A stretch of DNA of 64,000 nucleotides, taken from Candidatus Cloacimonadales bacterium (lineage in GTDB: Bacteria; Cloacimonadota; Cloacimonadia; Cloacimonadales; JAFGVF01). The notes below the pieces were generated by a model that was not told where the DNA came from, did not search any database, and was given only the letters and a program-made list of their open reading frames with translations. Each line of letters begins with the position of its first letter. Position 1 is the first letter of the stretch. Position numbers and translations under genes: made by a program. The stretch lies in assembly GCA_963677495.2 (NCBI GenBank), contig CAXXOU010000002.1, positions 96,001 through 160,000 of the forward strand. Direction: 5' to 3'. Below are positions 59,121 through 64,000 of this stretch, in pieces.

Positions 59121-59172
59121 GAGTTGTGTGACAAGAGTACCATTGAGAAGGTCTGCGACCATTATCAAGGTA
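59121..59172. repeat. Half unit of the 119-bp repeat upstream of the RAYT gene
   Basis: GTTGTGTGACAAGAGTACCATTGAGAAGGTCTGCGACCATTATCAAGGTA matches the right arm of variant units. Confidence 0.9.
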
Positions 59173-59197
59173 ATCAGTCGGTTAAATCCATATTGGG

Positions 59198-60106
59198 TTA
59201 CCACTCTCCGACTAGTCTAAGCTCTCTTTCTAAGGTAACACCAAACCCTTTGAGAACTGTAGCTTGAGTAAACTTGATTAAACTAATTACATCATTAGCA
59301 GTTGCATTATCCTGATTGACTATGAAACCACAATGCTTATCAGAGATTCTAGCCCCACCGATTTGATAACCTCTGAGGTCACAATCATCAACCAGCTTGC
59401 CTGTGTAGTGACCTTCCGGTCTTTTAAAGACACTACCACCACTTGGTAGCTCCATAGGTTGCTTAAGCCAACGTTGTTCTTTCAACTCATCCATGCGAGC
59501 TGTAATGTCATTGAGATTCCCCTTTGTGAGCTCAAAAGTAGCTTCCAAAACAATGAAGTCACCAGTTTGGATAATGCTTTGTCTATACCCGAAGTTCATA
59601 TCCGTTGATAACATTGTCACAACTTCACCGGATTTTGATAGTAGTTTAGCACTTTTGAAGCAATCTTTGATCTCTCCGCCATAAGCACCTGCATTCATTG
59701 TAACTGCTCCACCAACTGAACCGGGAATACCGTATGCAAACTCAAGACCGGTGAGACTTAACTCTTTTGCTTTAAGAGTCAGGTCTTCCAATAATACTCC
59801 GCATTGGGCAGTTAGAACACTATCCTTACATTCAAGTTTGTTTAGACGGGTCATGTTTATAACAACTCCTCTAATCCCTTTGTCACTAACCAGGATGTTA
59901 GAGCCATTACCAAGGATGAAATAGGGGAGCTTTTGCTCTTGAACATAGGAATATATATCAATAAACTCTTCGATGTTCATAGGAGATACGAAGATATCAG
60001 CAGGACCACCTATCTTAAAAGATGTATATTTCTTTAAAGGTTCGTCTTGCAGGATTAAAGAATTTGGGAATCTATCAGTAAAATCTCTAATTATATCTTT
60101 AGTCAT
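59198..60106 (-). CDS. murB: UDP-N-acetylmuramate dehydrogenase
   Basis: TSFKIGGPA, GNGSNIL, GIPGSVGGAVTMNAGAYG, SGGSVFKRP, KHCGFIVN. Confidence 0.95.
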   Translation of the reverse strand: MTKDIIRDFTDRFPNSLILQDEPLKKYTSFKIGGPADIFVSPMNIEEFIDIYSYVQEQKLPYFILGNGSNILVSDKGIRGVVINMTRLNKLECKDSVLTAQCGVLLEDLTLKAKELSLTGLEFAYGIPGSVGGAVTMNAGAYGGEIKDCFKSAKLLSKSGEVVTMLSTDMNFGYRQSIIQTGDFIVLEATFELTKGNLNDITARMDELKEQRWLKQPMELPSGGSVFKRPEGHYTGKLVDDCDLRGYQIGGARISDKHCGFIVNQDNATANDVISLIKFTQATVLKGFGVTLERELRLVGEW

Positions 60107-62948
60107 ATTGTAGCTTTTTTAGGAATGGAAGTACTTGAGCTTGCAGCTCTCCAATTGATTGTGTGTTCACAGCTGGAATTGGTAGTACTTCCTTAAAATA
60201 CTTACCATACCTTTTAGTATTTACTCTGTTATCAAGAATTATTATCACACCACGGTCACGTTGAGATCTAATTAATCGTCCGAAGCCTTGCCTAAGCTTT
60301 AGTAAAGCATTAGGAACCATGAAGTGCATGAATGAGTTTTTACCTTCAGCTTCTAACATCTCAATATATGCTTCCACTATCGGATCAGATGGAACTTGGA
60401 AAGGCAGTTTATTGAGAATGAGAAGCTCAAGTGATTTCCCGGGAACATCAACACCTTCCCAGAAGGAGCTTGTGCCAAGTAGGACAGCGTTGCCCTGTTT
60501 TTTAAACTCATTAAGCAGAACTGTTCTATTACCACTTTTGCCTTGTGCTAGAAGGTTTATACCTTTCTTAGCGAAGTCTTCTGCCAGAGCTTCGTATGTA
60601 TTATTCAAATCTTTGAAGGCTGTATAAAGAATAAGTGTGCCTACCTTAGCTGTTGGGAGAAGGTCTTCTAACAATCTTAAAGTCTGGTTGTGGAAAAGGT
60701 TATCCTGTGGTGCAGGTAAGAAGCCTGTAGTTATAAGCTTAGCTTGTTTGTTATAATCAAAAGGAGATTCCACGACTGTCTCAACTGCTTTCTCTTCAGG
60801 TAAAAGATTTATACCCATTCTATTTCTAAAGTACTTGAAGCTACCTCTAAGAGCTAAAGTAGCAGAAGTAAAGACAATAGTATCTACTTTGTTATAGAGA
60901 ATCTCATTTAGAATTGTGCTTACATTTAATGGTGCATAATTAAGAGTCACCTGATATGCTTTCTTCTCTATACCTGGTTTACCCTCTAACCATAAAGCAT
61001 GGTTTTCAAGACCTTTTGATAGAAGCTCATCTATTTCCTGTCTTACTTCAGATATACGCTTGTCCATACCTTCTAGTTGGTTCATATGATCTTCAAGGTT
61101 AGCCATAATATTAGTACTGATTGTGGAAAGAGTATGGTGAATTGTTGCAAGCTTCTGACTAACTTGTGCCCAGAACTTTGAAATCTCACTTAAGCTTCCG
61201 CTAAGCTTTTCTAGATCATTATCAGTTTTAAGTCTTAGTTTATTCCAGTCGCCACGGTCATCTAGGTCATGCGCCATTTCATCGAAGAAGTCAGTTGTGA
61301 AATCAAGCTTTAGTTTAAGTTCTGCAGTAAGAGTTGATATAGCTTTGGATAGTACCTCTTTATAGGATTTATCCATATTACTGTTATCAATGTCTTTCAT
61401 TAAGCCTGTTAAAATACCTGATTCATGTTTCTTGCTTCTATAGTAAAGTGCATTATTAAGAGCAGTGAAATCAGAATAATTGAGTTGGAACCCCATATGT
61501 TTTGAAGCTATATCGGGTAAGTTATGAGCCTCATCACAAATCAAGCAACTATAGTCACCTAGAGTGGCGTTATCATTGCTTAGGTCTGCTAGCATAAGTG
61601 AATGATTGATAATGATTAGGTTAGCATCTTTCAGCTTCTCACGCACCTGCATATAGTGACAATGCTTATAGTGTGAGCATCGTTTCCCAGAACAGATATA
61701 CCTGTCAGCAAGGAGTTTCTTCCAGAGTCCACTATATCTATTCTTATCGAAAGAGCTGTTCTCTGAAACATCTCCGGTAGTCGTAAATTCTTTCCATATG
61801 ACCAGATATAACAAGCCCTTAAGATCGTATGGGTTGGTTATGTCTGCCATATTGAATGTTACGTTATCCCAATAACGGTTACAAATGTAGTTGTCGCGAC
61901 CTTTAACAAGGCCTGCAGTAAAAGGAATTGGTAGGATTTCGCTTAGAACAGGGATGTCTTTGAAAAACAGCTGTTCCTGTAAGTTCTTTGTATTTGTTGA
62001 AATAACTACTCGTTCTTTATTCTCGTAACTGTATTTTATTGCAGGAATAAGGTAAGCAATTGATTTGCCAACACCAGTTCCGGCTTCAACCAGAAGATGT
62101 TTCTTTGTTTTCAAAGCTTGTTCTACCGCAACAGACATGTTTATCTGTCCGGTTCTCTTCTCATAATGCGGGAACTTATTACTAAAGAAAGAATCTTCGG
62201 CAAAAAGGTTTTCAATATCGTAGACCTTTGGATTTGGCATCTTATGTTCTATGAAATTGCCAATACCTTTCTGGGGAGGTTTTGGTCGCTTGGTTTGTAA
62301 GAGAGCATACTTACGCTGGTAGTTGACAATTTTCTCTAGAAATACAGCTAAAGATGTATCAATATCAATACTTCTAGCTATGGTTAATAGATTGCTGTTA
62401 AGTCTAACATCTATGTACCTATCAATGTGCTCAAGAAGCTTAATGAAGATTTTAGCAGTTGTATCCGCATCATGTATCGCTCTATGAGCTGAAGGATTAA
62501 CTACATCGAAGTATTCAGCTATTGTACCTAACTTGTGGTTAACTTCAAACGGTAGATAGATTCTTGTTAACTCAAGAGTATCAAAAACATGATTTGTTGG
62601 TGGCATTATACCGTTTTGAAGCATATGATGTGTTACAAATGGAACATCAAAGTTGGAATTATGAGCTATGAGATAGTTCTCACCAATGAACTCACGAAAT
62701 GATTCTAATACCTCTTTTGCAGGTTTGCCTGACTCAATCTGTTCATCAGTGATATGTGTGAGCTGCTTGATGAAGAATGGAACTTTTTGAGTTGGTTTAA
62801 TAAACTCAGAGAATCTAGCAACTTCGACACCTTGCTGATACTTAACAGCACCAAGCTCTATGATTTCGCAAGTCTCTTTGTTAAGACCTGTAGTTTCGAT
62901 GTCAAATGATATGAAATCGAAATCAGTTATATTGGTATGATCTTTCAA
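60099..62948 (-). CDS. dinG: DinG-family helicase with N-terminal DEDDh 3'-5' exonuclease
   Basis: DIETTG, HNSNFD, HRAIHDA; EAGTGVGKS, DEAH, SAT, FWEGVD, QGFGRLIR. Confidence 0.9.
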   Translation of the reverse strand: MKDHTNITDFDFISFDIETTGLNKETCEIIELGAVKYQQGVEVARFSEFIKPTQKVPFFIKQLTHITDEQIESGKPAKEVLESFREFIGENYLIAHNSNFDVPFVTHHMLQNGIMPPTNHVFDTLELTRIYLPFEVNHKLGTIAEYFDVVNPSAHRAIHDADTTAKIFIKLLEHIDRYIDVRLNSNLLTIARSIDIDTSLAVFLEKIVNYQRKYALLQTKRPKPPQKGIGNFIEHKMPNPKVYDIENLFAEDSFFSNKFPHYEKRTGQINMSVAVEQALKTKKHLLVEAGTGVGKSIAYLIPAIKYSYENKERVVISTNTKNLQEQLFFKDIPVLSEILPIPFTAGLVKGRDNYICNRYWDNVTFNMADITNPYDLKGLLYLVIWKEFTTTGDVSENSSFDKNRYSGLWKKLLADRYICSGKRCSHYKHCHYMQVREKLKDANLIIINHSLMLADLSNDNATLGDYSCLICDEAHNLPDIASKHMGFQLNYSDFTALNNALYYRSKKHESGILTGLMKDIDNSNMDKSYKEVLSKAISTLTAELKLKLDFTTDFFDEMAHDLDDRGDWNKLRLKTDNDLEKLSGSLSEISKFWAQVSQKLATIHHTLSTISTNIMANLEDHMNQLEGMDKRISEVRQEIDELLSKGLENHALWLEGKPGIEKKAYQVTLNYAPLNVSTILNEILYNKVDTIVFTSATLALRGSFKYFRNRMGINLLPEEKAVETVVESPFDYNKQAKLITTGFLPAPQDNLFHNQTLRLLEDLLPTAKVGTLILYTAFKDLNNTYEALAEDFAKKGINLLAQGKSGNRTVLLNEFKKQGNAVLLGTSSFWEGVDVPGKSLELLILNKLPFQVPSDPIVEAYIEMLEAEGKNSFMHFMVPNALLKLRQGFGRLIRSQRDRGVIIILDNRVNTKRYGKYFKEVLPIPAVNTQSIGELQAQVLPFLKKLQYD

Positions 62949-62959
62949 TACTACCTCAA

Positions 62960-64000
62960 TTAGCTTTCTTCATCCGGATTCTCATCCTTATAAAGCTCAT
63001 ATCTACGCATCTTCTTGATAAGACCTTGTCTACTTAATCCGAGATGTTTAGCCGCTTTTGTTTGATTCCAATCAGTAGCTTCAAGAGCTTCATTGATCAT
63101 AGTCTTTTCAAGTTGCTCAACAGCTTCCTTAAGGTTGGTATTCTGAGTTAACATGCTAACAGCTTTTGTGTTTTCTGCAAACCTGTAGATCTCTTCAGAG
63201 AAATCAGACGGTTTGATATAAGACTCATCATCAGCAAGTGTAACAGCACGCTCGATTTCGTTTTCAAGCTGCCTAACGTTACCGGGGAAGCTATAACTCA
63301 TAAGATATTTAAGCGCTTCGTCAGTGAAGCCTTTTATCTGTTTATTGATGCGTTTATTGAACTTATCCAGGAAGTGAATTGCAAGCAACGGAATATCAGT
63401 AGCTCTATCCTGTAAAGCAGGTACTTCTATTTTAATCACATTGAGTCTATAGTAAAGATCTAGTCTGAATTCACCCAATTCCACTTTCTTCTTAAGAGAT
63501 ACGTTTGTAGCACAAACAACTCTAACATTGACTTTCTCAGTCTTTGTTGAACCAACTCGCTTAATCTCACCTTCTTGAAGGAATCTTAAGAGTTTAGCCT
63601 GTGTGGAAAGACTTATATCTGCAATCTCATCGAGGAAGAAAGTACCACCATCTGCTATCTCAAAGAGTCCCTTCTTGTCGTAGGCTGCACCAGTGAATGA
63701 ACCTTTAACATGACCGAATAATTCACTTTCAAGCAGAGTCTCAGGTAGAGCACCACAATATTGAGCAACGAAGGCCTTATTCTTCCTGTTTGAACTGTAA
63801 TGGATAGCTCTAGCGATAAGTTCTTTACCGGTTCCACTAGGTCCGTTCAAGAAAATAGTAGTTGGAGTATCTTTAATCTTGCGGATTACGTCGAAGATAT
63901 CCATCATGCTTTGATGCTTACCGATAATATTAGCGAATATATTGGAAGAGTTTAGCTCTTCTCGAATAATCTCATGCGTCTTCTCAAGGTTAGTGGCGCG
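62960..64000 (-). CDS. Sigma-54-dependent transcriptional regulator (5' end outside the window)
   Basis: GPSGTGKE, ESELFGH..GSFTGA, FLDEI, FPGNVRQLEN, Fis HTH; frame is open to the window edge. Confidence 0.9.
   Translation of the reverse strand, partial: RATNLEKTHEIIREELNSSNIFANIIGKHQSMMDIFDVIRKIKDTPTTIFLNGPSGTGKELIARAIHYSSNRKNKAFVAQYCGALPETLLESELFGHVKGSFTGAAYDKKGLFEIADGGTFFLDEIADISLSTQAKLLRFLQEGEIKRVGSTKTEKVNVRVVCATNVSLKKKVELGEFRLDLYYRLNVIKIEVPALQDRATDIPLLAIHFLDKFNKRINKQIKGFTDEALKYLMSYSFPGNVRQLENEIERAVTLADDESYIKPSDFSEEIYRFAENTKAVSMLTQNTNLKEAVEQLEKTMINEALEATDWNQTKAAKHLGLSRQGLIKKMRRYELYKDENPDEES

Overview
AT-rich bacterial chromosome segment. Gene content (Rnf operon, CoA-transferase, TPR/sigma-54 regulators, many secreted proteins with FlgD/T9SS-like C-terminal tails) suggests an anaerobic amino-acid fermenter, possibly Cloacimonadota; this is inference, not a database result. 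Housekeeping blocks (atoDA-like, rnfCDGEAB, B12-type ABC components, ygiQ, flippase, mrfAB-like, glmM-hisC-suhB, murB-dinG, tRNA-Lys) alternate with accessory genes: an Avs2-like STAND protein, an ABC-ATPase + PD-(D/E)xK pair, IS3, IS21 and two stand-alone HUH (Y1) transposases. The intergenic DNA is the most unusual part. (1) A RAYT-type HUH gene abuts nine tandem 119-bp REPIN-like units with an AAB higher-order pattern, and a solo unit lies about 49 kb away. (2) About nine intergenic elements consist of a short core repeated at 11-bp spacing that usually flips orientation at a centre; they share architecture but use different cores. Also notable: an HNH domain inserted in the MrfA-like helicase, a sigma-54 promoter/enhancer-like layout next to a TPR-bEBP, and a six-domain rhodanese lipoprotein.
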